From: Minisyncoccota bacterium | GTDB lineage: Bacteria; Patescibacteriota; Minisyncoccia; Phycocordibacterales; UBA5272 | Reading direction: 5' to 3' | Assembly: GCA_041651055.1 (NCBI GenBank) | Contig: JBAZJW010000001.1 | Location: 84,737-148,736, forward strand | Length of the DNA: 64,000 nucleotides | Position numbers and translations under genes: made by a program | The notes under the pieces: model-generated | Databases searched by the model: none | What the model was told of the DNA's origin: nothing | The model's input: the letters and a program-made list of their open reading frames with translations, nothing else | Shown: positions 38,150 to 48,040 of the stretch, one piece after another | Position numbering within the stretch: the first letter of the stretch is position 1 | Layout: every line of letters starts with the position of its first letter

Positions 38150-38184
38150 TTAACTAAAAACTAATAACTAAAAACTAATAACTG
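38150..38184. repeat. TAACTAAAAACTAATAACTAAAAACTAATAACTG tandem repeat upstream of atpE
   Basis: Two 13-nt units read directly. Confidence 0.8.
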
Positions 38185-38191
38185 AATTTAT

Positions 38192-38410
38192 ATGACCCCA
38201 GAAGCAGCAATTTATATCGCAAAAGGAATGTGTATCCTCGCCATGGTAGGAACGGCTATCGGACAAGGCTACCTCGTTGGCAAGACAATGGAAGCTATTG
38301 GACGTAATCCTGACGTTGAAGGTTCTCTTTTCTCAAAGATGATTATTGGTGTGGCTATGACAGAAACAACTGCCATTTTCGCGCTTGTAGCATTCTTCCT
38401 CCTCAAGTAA
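38192..38410 (+). CDS. atpE: F0F1 ATP synthase subunit c
   Basis: 72-aa hairpin proteolipid with conserved carboxylate (MTETTAIFALVAFF). Confidence 0.93.
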   Translation: MTPEAAIYIAKGMCILAMVGTAIGQGYLVGKTMEAIGRNPDVEGSLFSKMIIGVAMTETTAIFALVAFFLLK

Positions 38411-38417
38411 CAAGAAC

Positions 38418-38472
38418 CGTTAATCGTTAGGCAGTTCTTCGTTAGGAAATTCCTAACGAAGAACGAAGAACG
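38418..38472 (+). promoter_or_regulatory. Strong stem-loop GTTCTTCGTTAGG-aaatt-CCTAACGAAGAAC in the atpE-atpF spacer
   Basis: 13-bp perfect stem. This position in other bacteria carries a hairpin that boosts the c-subunit to b-subunit expression ratio. Confidence 0.55.
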
Positions 38473-38490
38473 TCCTAACTATTATTCTTT

Positions 38491-38988
38491 ATGCAAGAAA
38501 TATTAAACATTCTCGGTTCTGTTGGCTTCAACTGGCACGTTGCGCTCGCGAACTTCATCAACTTCCTCATCATCTTGTTTCTTTTGAACAAGTTCTTTTT
38601 CGGTAAAATCGGAAAGGTTATACAAACTCGTCACGATGTCATTGAAAAAGGGCTTTCTCAGGCATCGGATGCTGAAAAGGCTCTCGCTTCTGCTTCTGAG
38701 GAAAAGAAGAAAATGATAAAAGAAGCTCGAAAGGAGGGTCAGGATATCGTCGCAGCGGCGGAAGTGAATGCATCAGCTCTCGCTGAAAGCATTTGCAAAG
38801 AAGCTGAAGATGATGCTGCAAGAAAAATGGAATCGTTAGCAGAAAAAGAAGCAAATCTAAAGGCTCATGTAGAAAAAGAGTTTGCAGAGCGTGCTCCAGC
38901 TATTGTTGCCAAGCTTTATGCTGCCGCACTTTCAAAAGAAATGACCCAGACAGATAACGACGCCCTCATTGCTCGTATGAACGCATAA
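38491..38988 (+). CDS. atpF: F0F1 ATP synthase subunit b
   Basis: N-terminal TM and long charged helix. Position in the operon. Confidence 0.88.
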   Translation: MQEILNILGSVGFNWHVALANFINFLIILFLLNKFFFGKIGKVIQTRHDVIEKGLSQASDAEKALASASEEKKKMIKEARKEGQDIVAAAEVNASALAESICKEAEDDAARKMESLAEKEANLKAHVEKEFAERAPAIVAKLYAAALSKEMTQTDNDALIARMNA

Positions 38989-39004
38989 GTATGTATTTGT
39001 ATCC

Positions 39005-39035
39005 ACTAAAAACTGGAAACTAAAAACTAAAAACT
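39005..39035. repeat. ACTAAAAACTGGAAACTAAAAACTAAAAACT repeat upstream of atpH
   Basis: Inverted copy at 18066-18095. Related tracts at 40972-41001. Confidence 0.8.
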
Positions 39036-39041
39036 GCCCTT

Positions 39042-39392
39042 ATGACCTTATCCCGCAAAATTGCCACCTACATTGTAGAAAAGAATGTGAGTATTGGTGT
39101 TGTTTCAGAAACACTTCAAGAATACAAACTTCTCTCATTACTGCCTTCTATTTTGAAAGCGGTAACGCAAATGAAAAGCGATGATGGTGCACGGGATACT
39201 GTTTTGATAGAAACCCCGTTTGAAGCTTCAGAAGAATCGATAGCACATATCAAACGGATTGTAGGAAATGATATAGCCCCGCACAGGGTAACTGTTAACA
39301 AAAATCTCCTTGCAGGATTCAAGGCTCGGTTCAAAGGGAAATTATACGATGGGTCCGCCGAACGAGTACTGAGACAGTTAACTAATTACTAA
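39042..39392 (+). CDS. atpH: F0F1 ATP synthase subunit delta (OSCP), short form of 116 aa
   Basis: C-terminal TVNKNLLAGFKARFKGKLYDGSAERVLRQL matches the OSCP C-terminal domain. Most of the N-terminal helical domain is absent. Confidence 0.75.
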   Translation: MTLSRKIATYIVEKNVSIGVVSETLQEYKLLSLLPSILKAVTQMKSDDGARDTVLIETPFEASEESIAHIKRIVGNDIAPHRVTVNKNLLAGFKARFKGKLYDGSAERVLRQLTNY

Positions 39393-39412
39393 TAACCAAT
39401 AACCACCAAGCC

Positions 39413-40915
39413 ATGTCAGTAGAAAAAATAATCAAGGATCTTGAAAAAAAGATAGAAAGCCTTTCAACAGAAATCGAAGTCAATGAAGTCGGGAATGTTA
39501 TCTCTGTAAGTGATGGTATTGCTCGTGTTTCTGGACTTTTCTCATGCGCAAGTATGGAAGAAGTGACATTTGCTTCTGGTGCGAAAGGTCTCGCACTCAA
39601 CTTGGAATCCGACATGGTGGGAGTAGTTATTGTTTCTGGTGCTGACATGGTACGTGAAGGTGAAGAGGTGACACGTACAGGACGTGTGCTCGCTATCCCT
39701 GTAGGAGAAGCGCTCCTTGGTCGTGTAGTTGATTCACTCATGAATCCAGTAGACGGCGAAAAGCTCTCAGGACTCACGTCATTTGAACTTGTAGAAAAGA
39801 TTGCACCAGGTGTTATGGATCGCGAACCGGTGAATGTGCCAATGCAAACAGGTATCAAGGCTATTGACGCTATGATTCCTGTTGGACGCGGACAGCGTGA
39901 ACTCATCATTGGTGATCGCCAGACAGGAAAGACGACTATCGCTATCGACACCATCATTAACCAAAAAGGCACAGGAGTTATTTGTGTATACGTTGCTATC
40001 GGTCAAAAGGAATCAAAAATCGCACAGATTGTTGAAAAACTTCGTGCGACAGGTGCTATGGAATACACCGTGGTGGTGCTCGCCGGAGCGTCACACTCCG
40101 CCGCACTTTCATACCTCGCACCATATGCAGGTACTGCCGTTGCTGAATATTTTATGGGACAAAAGAAGGATGTGCTCGTTGTGTACGATGATCTTTCAAA
40201 GCATGCGGTTGCGTATCGTGAAATGTCGCTTCTTCTCAAGCGTCCACCAGGACGTGAAGCGTATCCTGGAGATGTGTTCTACCTCCACTCACGCCTTCTT
40301 GAGCGTGCATGTCGCAGAAATGAGGCTGCTGGGGGTGGTTCTATAACCGCGCTCCCAATTATCGAAACACAAGCCGGGGACGTGTCAGCATATATTCCAA
40401 CGAACGTTATTTCTATTACCGACGGACAAATCTTCTTGGATGCGAACCTCTTTTACAAGGGTATGCGACCAGCTATTGATGTTGGACTTTCAGTATCTCG
40501 TGTGGGTTCTTCAGCACAAACAAAAGCAATGAAGAAGAATGCTGGTAAAATGAAACTCGCTATGGCACAGTATCGTGAGCTCGAATCATTCTCACAGTTT
40601 GACTCTGATCTTGATGCGGATACCAAGCGTACTATCGAACGAGGAAAGCGAACACAAGAAATGTTGAAGCAGGCAAACGGTAGCCCACTTCGTACAGGTC
40701 TTCAGGTGTCGACCGTGTATGCAGTGAACAATGGCTTTGTGGATACTGTCCCGACGACAGATATCGTTGCATGGGAAAAGGCAATGCATAGTTACATGAG
40801 TTCTACTGCCAAAGACGTGCTCGTTGCTATCGAGAAAGGATGGGACGAGGCAACAGAGGAATCTCTTAAGAAAGCTTTAGAGAATTTTGTGCACATCCAT
40901 GGAAATAATGAGTAG
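39413..40915 (+). CDS. atpA: F0F1 ATP synthase subunit alpha
   Basis: P-loop GDRQTGKT and full alpha-subunit homology. Confidence 0.95.
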   Translation: MSVEKIIKDLEKKIESLSTEIEVNEVGNVISVSDGIARVSGLFSCASMEEVTFASGAKGLALNLESDMVGVVIVSGADMVREGEEVTRTGRVLAIPVGEALLGRVVDSLMNPVDGEKLSGLTSFELVEKIAPGVMDREPVNVPMQTGIKAIDAMIPVGRGQRELIIGDRQTGKTTIAIDTIINQKGTGVICVYVAIGQKESKIAQIVEKLRATGAMEYTVVVLAGASHSAALSYLAPYAGTAVAEYFMGQKKDVLVVYDDLSKHAVAYREMSLLLKRPPGREAYPGDVFYLHSRLLERACRRNEAAGGGSITALPIIETQAGDVSAYIPTNVISITDGQIFLDANLFYKGMRPAIDVGLSVSRVGSSAQTKAMKKNAGKMKLAMAQYRELESFSQFDSDLDADTKRTIERGKRTQEMLKQANGSPLRTGLQVSTVYAVNNGFVDTVPTTDIVAWEKAMHSYMSSTAKDVLVAIEKGWDEATEESLKKALENFVHIHGNNE

Positions 40916-40928
40916 TATTACATGCTAA

Positions 40929-41001
40929 TTTTTAGTTTTTAATTTTAAATTTTTATTGAAATACATTCATTAGAAACTAAGAACTAAAAACTAAAAATTT
41001 T
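40929..41001. repeat. Inverted AT-rich tracts TTTTTAGTTTTTAATTTTAAATTTTTAT ... AGAAACTAAGAACTAAAAACTAAAAATTTT upstream of atpG
   Basis: TTTTTAGTTTTT is the reverse complement of AAAAACTAAAAA. Confidence 0.7.
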
Positions 41002-41012
41002 GCGAAGCAACC

Positions 41013-41861
41013 ATGCAAACAAAAATTATCAAACAAAAAATCAAGAGTGTCGGCAGTATCAAGAAAATCACTAAAACGATGGAGATGGTTTCTGCTGCGA
41101 AGATGAAAAAGGCTATTGATAACGCTCTTACACTTCGACCATTCCATACTGAGGCACAAAATGTGCTTCAGGATATTTCGCTTGACCCACTAACTCGTCA
41201 TGAACTTCTCGCACACAATGGTGTCGAGGGTGACGTGGTGATTATTGTTGCATCAAATAAAGGTTTGTGTGGAAGTTACAATGTGAACGTGTACCGTAAA
41301 TTACTCGAGGCCTACACTGCGGATGAGCGTAAGAATTTGAAAGTGATTGCGTACGGAAAGTATTCTGAAAAAGTTGCTAAGAAGCTTCATTTAGAAACAC
41401 TTGCATCATTTAATCATCCTGTGCTTACATCAGACGATGCTCATGCGACAGCGACGATGATTGTCGATTGGTACAAAGAAAAGAAAATCGGCACAGTACG
41501 TGTGCTCTACACACACTTCACTTCTGGTACGGTCTTTACACCGACACTGCTACAACTGCTTCCATTTTTATCTGACGGAAAACCAGATACACACGGTGAA
41601 CCGAGATATGCATATGAACCAGATCAGGAAGCCGTGCTCTCAAGTATTATTCCAATGATGCTTCACAACATTATTTATGGTGCTATTTTAGAAAGTTGTG
41701 CGTCTGAACATTCAGCACGTATGTTTGCTATGAAATCAGCGACAGATAATGCGAGTGAACTCGAAGACGAGCTTAAGTTGTACTACAACCGCGCTCGCCA
41801 GGAACGCGTGACGCAAGAAATCGCCGAGATTACTTCTGGAGCTATGGCCCTGTCTTCCTAA
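41013..41861 (+). CDS. atpG: F0F1 ATP synthase subunit gamma
   Basis: N-terminal IKSVGSIKKITKTMEMVSAAKM and C-terminal helix ITQEIAEITSGA. Confidence 0.92.
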   Translation: MQTKIIKQKIKSVGSIKKITKTMEMVSAAKMKKAIDNALTLRPFHTEAQNVLQDISLDPLTRHELLAHNGVEGDVVIIVASNKGLCGSYNVNVYRKLLEAYTADERKNLKVIAYGKYSEKVAKKLHLETLASFNHPVLTSDDAHATATMIVDWYKEKKIGTVRVLYTHFTSGTVFTPTLLQLLPFLSDGKPDTHGEPRYAYEPDQEAVLSSIIPMMLHNIIYGAILESCASEHSARMFAMKSATDNASELEDELKLYYNRARQERVTQEIAEITSGAMALSS

Positions 41862-41909
41862 AAGCAAAATAATGCGCTCATATACATGAGCTCATCATTT
41901 TGCTTTTAA

Positions 41910-43337
<1,428 letters not shown>

Positions 43338-43358
43338 TTCACGTTATTCGTTGCTTGT

Positions 43359-43413
43359 TATTCGTTAGGAAATTCAAAACGAAGAACGAAGAACGAAGAA
43401 CGCCCTAACGATC
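43359..43413. repeat. TTATTCGTTAGG-aaattcaaa-(ACGAAGA)x3-ACGCCCTAACG tract upstream of atpC
   Basis: CGTTAGG/CCTAACG inverted pair enclosing an AACGAAGAACG tandem. Confidence 0.75.
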
Positions 43414-43417
43414 ATTT

Positions 43418-43840
43418 ATGTTATCACTCAAAGTAGTCACCCCCGATAAAGTAGTTGTTGATGAAATAATCGACAATGTTAGTATTCCGACAACGAGCGG
43501 TGTGATTACGGTGCTCAACAAACACATTCCACTTGTTTCCTCTATTAAGGCAGGGGAAATGATTGTGCGAAAAGGAGCAACAGGGATTAGTTATGCAGTC
43601 TTTAAAGGTTTGGTAAATGTGCGCCCACATCGAAAAGGTTTGACTGAAGTGGTGGTGTTACTCGAGAGAGGTGAAGCCGTTGATGAACTTGATCATGCGC
43701 GCGCCGAAGAAGCGCTTGCACGAGCAAAAGCTATGAAAGATGAAAAGGAAGATGATGTGGACTTCGGAGTATTTGAAGGAATGATTGAAAAGGAATTGAA
43801 CCGCGTGAAAATTGCGGTGAAGCACAGGAGACATTTATAG
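43418..43840 (+). CDS. atpC: F0F1 ATP synthase subunit epsilon
   Basis: N-terminal beta-sandwich (VVTPDKVVVDEIIDNVSIPTTSG) and C-terminal helices. Confidence 0.9.
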   Translation: MLSLKVVTPDKVVVDEIIDNVSIPTTSGVITVLNKHIPLVSSIKAGEMIVRKGATGISYAVFKGLVNVRPHRKGLTEVVVLLERGEAVDELDHARAEEALARAKAMKDEKEDDVDFGVFEGMIEKELNRVKIAVKHRRHL

Positions 43841-43902
43841 TCGAAAGTCTATAAAGTCCGTAAAGTTAAAAGGAAATAAAAATACTTAAATTAGAATTAA
43901 AA

Positions 43903-43925
43903 ACAGCGGCCCGAGGGTCGCTGTT
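43903..43925 (-). terminator. Hairpin ACAGCGGCC-cgag-GGTCGCTGT
   Basis: 9-bp GC stem with a T-run on the minus strand, after the 43946 stop. Confidence 0.65.
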
Positions 43926-43945
43926 AGCACTACACGGTGAGTCTT

Positions 43946-44230
43946 TTACTTGACAGGATCAAGCAGATAATGTCCTTTGGAGGTGTTTACCAGTAGGCAG
44001 CCGTCAGACATTCGGTCAAGTGTTGTTATTGGTTTCGATTTCAAGTCTGGGTTGTGTTGTGGGTCGCACGGGAGCTCCATTTCAGCGAAGTGACGGGATA
44101 CGGAAGCGCTCACTGGTTCAAAATGAAGTCGCCCACCCACCCGTGGTTTGTCTTTAACCAGTCCCGCAAATATTGGGGGTACCACAAGCCTCGTTAATGT
44201 GGCATTGCCCTGGAAATATGCAAGGTACAT
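43946..44230 (-). CDS. Hypothetical protein (94 aa from MYLAYFQG) in a GC-rich islet
   Basis: AAGGAGAAACG ribosome-binding site immediately upstream of the ATG at 44230. GC-rich. Confidence 0.55.
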   Translation of the reverse strand: MYLAYFQGNATLTRLVVPPIFAGLVKDKPRVGGRLHFEPVSASVSRHFAEMELPCDPQHNPDLKSKPITTLDRMSDGCLLVNTSKGHYLLDPVK

Positions 44231-44382
44231 CGTTTCTCCTTGAGACACCCAACTTCTCTTGGGTGTAAATTACGATTAGGAGGGTGAGAAGCCCTCTGGT
44301 ACTTTTCAATTAAGAATACTAAAGTAAATAAACTCTTGTGTCAAATACGGGGAGGCCACTTCGTGGCCTCCCCACGTTCTCT

Positions 44383-45150
44383 TTACAGAAGAATTATGAG
44401 AAGTAGTATACCTACAATAATTCTATACCATCCAAAAACTTTAAATGAATGTGAACGAATGTAATCTAAGAAATATCTAATGACGATAAGCGCGACAGCA
44501 AATGATATAAAAGTGCCGAAAAGAATAGGGATGATCTCAGTAAATACCAACTCACTGTTTTTTTTGTAGAGTGTATAGAGTGTTGCAATAACCATGGTTG
44601 GTACGGCAAGTAAAAAAGTAAATTCAGTGAGCACTTTTCGAGAAAGTTTCATTGTAAGCCCTCCAATAATCATTGCACCAGAACGAGAAACCCCAGGCAC
44701 AACGGCAATTGCCTGATAAAAACCAAGAAGAAGAGCTTGTGTGTAAGTAATTTCTCGCGCCTTCACATCTCCTCCTTCTTGTTTCTTTGTGTACCAATTT
44801 TCTACGAGAATAATAATAATTCCACCTAGTGTCATTGTGAAGGCCACAAGAAGAGGATTCTGTAGCCATTGTTTAATATGTGGAAACACTACTAGGCCGA
44901 CAATTCCGGTTGGAATAAATGCAACGATTAGTTTTTTTATGATACCGAGATCAAAAAGTTTTTTAAAGTACAGTACTACAACGGCCGCGATTGCTCCGAC
45001 CTGTACTACAATTTCAAATGTGGCAAGAGTGCTTGATTCTTGGAGGTGTAAAAAGTGCGATACGAGCACCATGTGTCCCGTAGACGATATCGGTAAAAAT
45101 TCTGTTAACCCTTCAATGATTCCAAGTATGAGTGAGTGAAATAGTGTCAT
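44383..45150 (-). CDS. uppP: Undecaprenyl-diphosphate phosphatase UppP (BacA)
   Basis: EGLTEFLPISSTGH motif and 8 TM helices. Confidence 0.93.
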   Translation of the reverse strand: MTLFHSLILGIIEGLTEFLPISSTGHMVLVSHFLHLQESSTLATFEIVVQVGAIAAVVVLYFKKLFDLGIIKKLIVAFIPTGIVGLVVFPHIKQWLQNPLLVAFTMTLGGIIIILVENWYTKKQEGGDVKAREITYTQALLLGFYQAIAVVPGVSRSGAMIIGGLTMKLSRKVLTEFTFLLAVPTMVIATLYTLYKKNSELVFTEIIPILFGTFISFAVALIVIRYFLDYIRSHSFKVFGWYRIIVGILLLIILL

Positions 45151-45643
45151 GTTTCAAAGTTTAACACATATGCTATGCTGTTTTTACTACGCTATGGATA
45201 ACGCTATTTATTTTGTTGCCGCTCTTCCCATTTATGTGGCAAGTGTATACGCGCTTATGCATGTGCTTACAAAACATGAGAAGAAACATCATGTTCGGCA
45301 TATTTTTATTATTGCAGGCAGTGCTGTGCTTTCGTGGGTTGTTTCTGTGTATGCAAAAGATATCATCGCACACCCTCGTCCAGATTTATCAAGTGCTCTT
45401 TTTATTCCAAGCGACCCGTATAGTTTTCCGTCAGGGCATGCTGCATTTATGTTTGGACTTGCATGGAGCATGTACTCATTCGATAAGCATGCTGGTAAAA
45501 TACTTTTCATTTTAGCTACAGTCACAGGTATCGCACGTGTGCTCGCTGGAGTGCACTATTGGTACGATATTGTCGGTGGATTCATGCTTGCATATTTTAT
45601 TGCATACGTGATTCATTTTGCATCTCGTAAAATTCTCGCCTAA
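45149..45643 (+). CDS. PAP2-family phosphatase (PgpB-like). Start uncertain (45149, 45170 or 45194).
   Basis: KDIIAHPRP, PSGH and VHYWYD motifs (PAP2 signature KX6RP-PSGH-SRX5HX3D). Confidence 0.8.
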   Translation: MFQSLTHMLCCFYYAMDNAIYFVAALPIYVASVYALMHVLTKHEKKHHVRHIFIIAGSAVLSWVVSVYAKDIIAHPRPDLSSALFIPSDPYSFPSGHAAFMFGLAWSMYSFDKHAGKILFILATVTGIARVLAGVHYWYDIVGGFMLAYFIAYVIHFASRKILA

Positions 45644-45744
45644 CAACACTTTTCCTTCTAAGGATTTTTATCTCTCATGCTACACTTTGTGTATTGAGTG
45701 AGATTTTGTATTTCTCTCACCTCTCTCCTTTATTTCTCTAAACT

Positions 45745-47973
45745 ATGAAGTTGTCCCACATCACCATACAAGGCTTCAAATCCTTTGCCAAGAAAACTAC
45801 ACTTGATGTCACACATCAGGTGACCGGTGTTGTTGGTCCGAACGGCTCAGGAAAATCAAATATCGCTGAAGCGATACGCTTCGTGCTCGGAGAACAATCC
45901 ATGAAAAGTATGCGTGGTAAGATTGGTGCTGATGTTATTTTCAAAGGGTCAGAACATCTTGCACAAATGTCACGTGCCTCAGTGACGATGGTGATAGATA
46001 ATAAAGAAAAAGGTGACACATCACACGCAAGTGCTGAGCTTGCAACGTATCTCGTCTACGATGAACTCGTGCTCTCACGTGTCATTTATGCCGACGGCAC
46101 GAGTGATTATATGTTGAACGATGCCAAGATTCGCCTGAAGGATGTGCAGGAACTTTTATCATTTGCAGGTATTGGTGGAAGTTCTCATACCATTATCAAT
46201 CAAGGTGAGGCAGACAGAATTTTGCTCGCTTCTCCACGTGACCGCAAAGAAGCACTCGAAGATGCTCTCGGTCTTCGTGTCTACCACATGCGCTTGAATG
46301 AAAGTAAACGTAAGCTTGATCGGGTGAAGACACATGTGCACGAGGTGGATTTACTTCGAAAAGAAATAGCTCCGCACCTCTCACACCTCAAACGTCAGGT
46401 TGAAAAAATAGAGTCACAAGAAGAAGAAAGACAAAAGTTGCACGTACTTCTCACTGCGTATCTCACTCGTGAAGCGTATGAACTTGGATTATTACATGAA
46501 CGAATATGTGAACAAGGGGCATCTTCCTCGCTTGTATTAATTACTGACTCTATCAACAAAGAGTTACATGTACTTCGAGAAAAAACGCATGATGTCAGAA
46601 TAGAAACGGGTGCAGAAAAGCAAACTTTGCAAGCCGAAATGCGTTCGATTCTCGAGCGTCGCGATCAGGTGACCAAGACTCTCGGAAGACTAGAAGCCGA
46701 AAAAGCTTATCTTGAAAAAGAGTTACTTCGTGAACATGAGCAAAAAGCAATCACCATAGATAATGCCGAGTTTATCAATACGCACTCACTCATTTCTCAC
46801 GGCTTCGAAGGTTTGCATCACGCTCTCGGGTTAGAAAATATTACTGATGCAAAAAATAAGGCCGCACAAATTTCTGATACGGTTGAAACATTTTTCACAA
46901 CACATGCGACAGGTGAAGAGTCCAAAAAAGACCTTATCACTAAAGACATTTCGGTGATTGTTGTCGCTATCGAAGATCATGAAGCAAAAGAACGAGAGTT
47001 GAGTAAAGAAATGGTCGCTCTTCAAGAACGGTTGGACATGGTAGACACACATGCACAAAGAGATGTGCAATCACGTCACGATGAAGAAAAGAAAATCATG
47101 CTTCTCGAAAGTAAACTTCGCGAACTTGAAAGTACGATAGCGCTACGAAAACAAGAAGAAGGCGAACTTTCTTTGCGACGACAACACTTCGATGCATTAC
47201 TTCAGGAAGGAATATTAATTGTTGGACGCGTCATCGCTGGATACAAGGAAGAAAGAGTGGATGAGAAATATAACAACACACCAAAGCACGATTTGATGCG
47301 TGCTATTGAACGTTCCAAGCTTCGCATTGAAGAAGCCGGGGTACCGAATCGTGAAGAAGTCATCGCAGAATACAAGACGACGCAAGAACGCGAAGCATAT
47401 CTCACCAAAGAGCTTGCCGACATACAAGAAAGCGAAGTGAAGTTGCTCACGCTTATCGACGAGCTCACGATATCGCTTGAAGAGCGTTTTTCAAAAGGGG
47501 TAACAGAAGTATCAAAAGTGTTCGGTGAATTCTTTGGTGAAGTATTCGTTGGAGGAAAAGGAAAGTTGTCGCTCGTGCAATTGACGAAGATAGACGAAGA
47601 GGGGAATCAGATTACGGAGCAGGGAATAGACTTGGATGTGTCACTGCCAAATAAAAAAGTAAAAGAGATAAGTATGTTTTCTGGTGGCGAGCGGGCCCTC
47701 GTATCTATTTCGCTCTTGTTTGCCATGTCGGCTATCACTCCTCCACCATTTATGGTACTCGATGAGACAGATGCACCACTTGATGAATCAAATGCGCGCA
47801 AATATGGCATGATGCTGAAGCGACTTGCCGAGAAAAGTAAATTACTCGTCATCACACACAACCGCGAAACCATGAATCATTGTGACATGCTCTATGGCGT
47901 GACTATCGGAGTGGATGGTTCTTCGAAACTCCTTTCAATCGATTTTAAACAAGCCGAAGGCTTCGCGAAATAA
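45745..47973 (+). CDS. SMC-like ATPase, miniaturised (742 aa, no clear hinge)
   Basis: N-terminal Walker A GPNGSGKSNI. C-terminal signature FSGGERALVSISLLFAM and Walker B MVLDETDAPLDESN. Coiled coil between them. Confidence 0.85.
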   Translation: MKLSHITIQGFKSFAKKTTLDVTHQVTGVVGPNGSGKSNIAEAIRFVLGEQSMKSMRGKIGADVIFKGSEHLAQMSRASVTMVIDNKEKGDTSHASAELATYLVYDELVLSRVIYADGTSDYMLNDAKIRLKDVQELLSFAGIGGSSHTIINQGEADRILLASPRDRKEALEDALGLRVYHMRLNESKRKLDRVKTHVHEVDLLRKEIAPHLSHLKRQVEKIESQEEERQKLHVLLTAYLTREAYELGLLHERICEQGASSSLVLITDSINKELHVLREKTHDVRIETGAEKQTLQAEMRSILERRDQVTKTLGRLEAEKAYLEKELLREHEQKAITIDNAEFINTHSLISHGFEGLHHALGLENITDAKNKAAQISDTVETFFTTHATGEESKKDLITKDISVIVVAIEDHEAKERELSKEMVALQERLDMVDTHAQRDVQSRHDEEKKIMLLESKLRELESTIALRKQEEGELSLRRQHFDALLQEGILIVGRVIAGYKEERVDEKYNNTPKHDLMRAIERSKLRIEEAGVPNREEVIAEYKTTQEREAYLTKELADIQESEVKLLTLIDELTISLEERFSKGVTEVSKVFGEFFGEVFVGGKGKLSLVQLTKIDEEGNQITEQGIDLDVSLPNKKVKEISMFSGGERALVSISLLFAMSAITPPPFMVLDETDAPLDESNARKYGMMLKRLAEKSKLLVITHNRETMNHCDMLYGVTIGVDGSSKLLSIDFKQAEGFAK

Positions 47974-48040
47974 AGTAACAAGGCCTCGCCTTGTGTTTTG
48001 CAGTTCTTGTCATTAGTTAGTAATTATCAACCGGCACTGT

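Noticed and set aside
39382-39972. 196-aa minus-strand ORF and other long antisense ORFs inside atpA and atpD (39882-40346, 41934-42455), inside clpB (1551-2063, 2112-2621) and inside folD (5319-5586)
   Set aside because: Antisense to highly conserved genes. Ser/Arg/Pro-rich shadow-frame composition.
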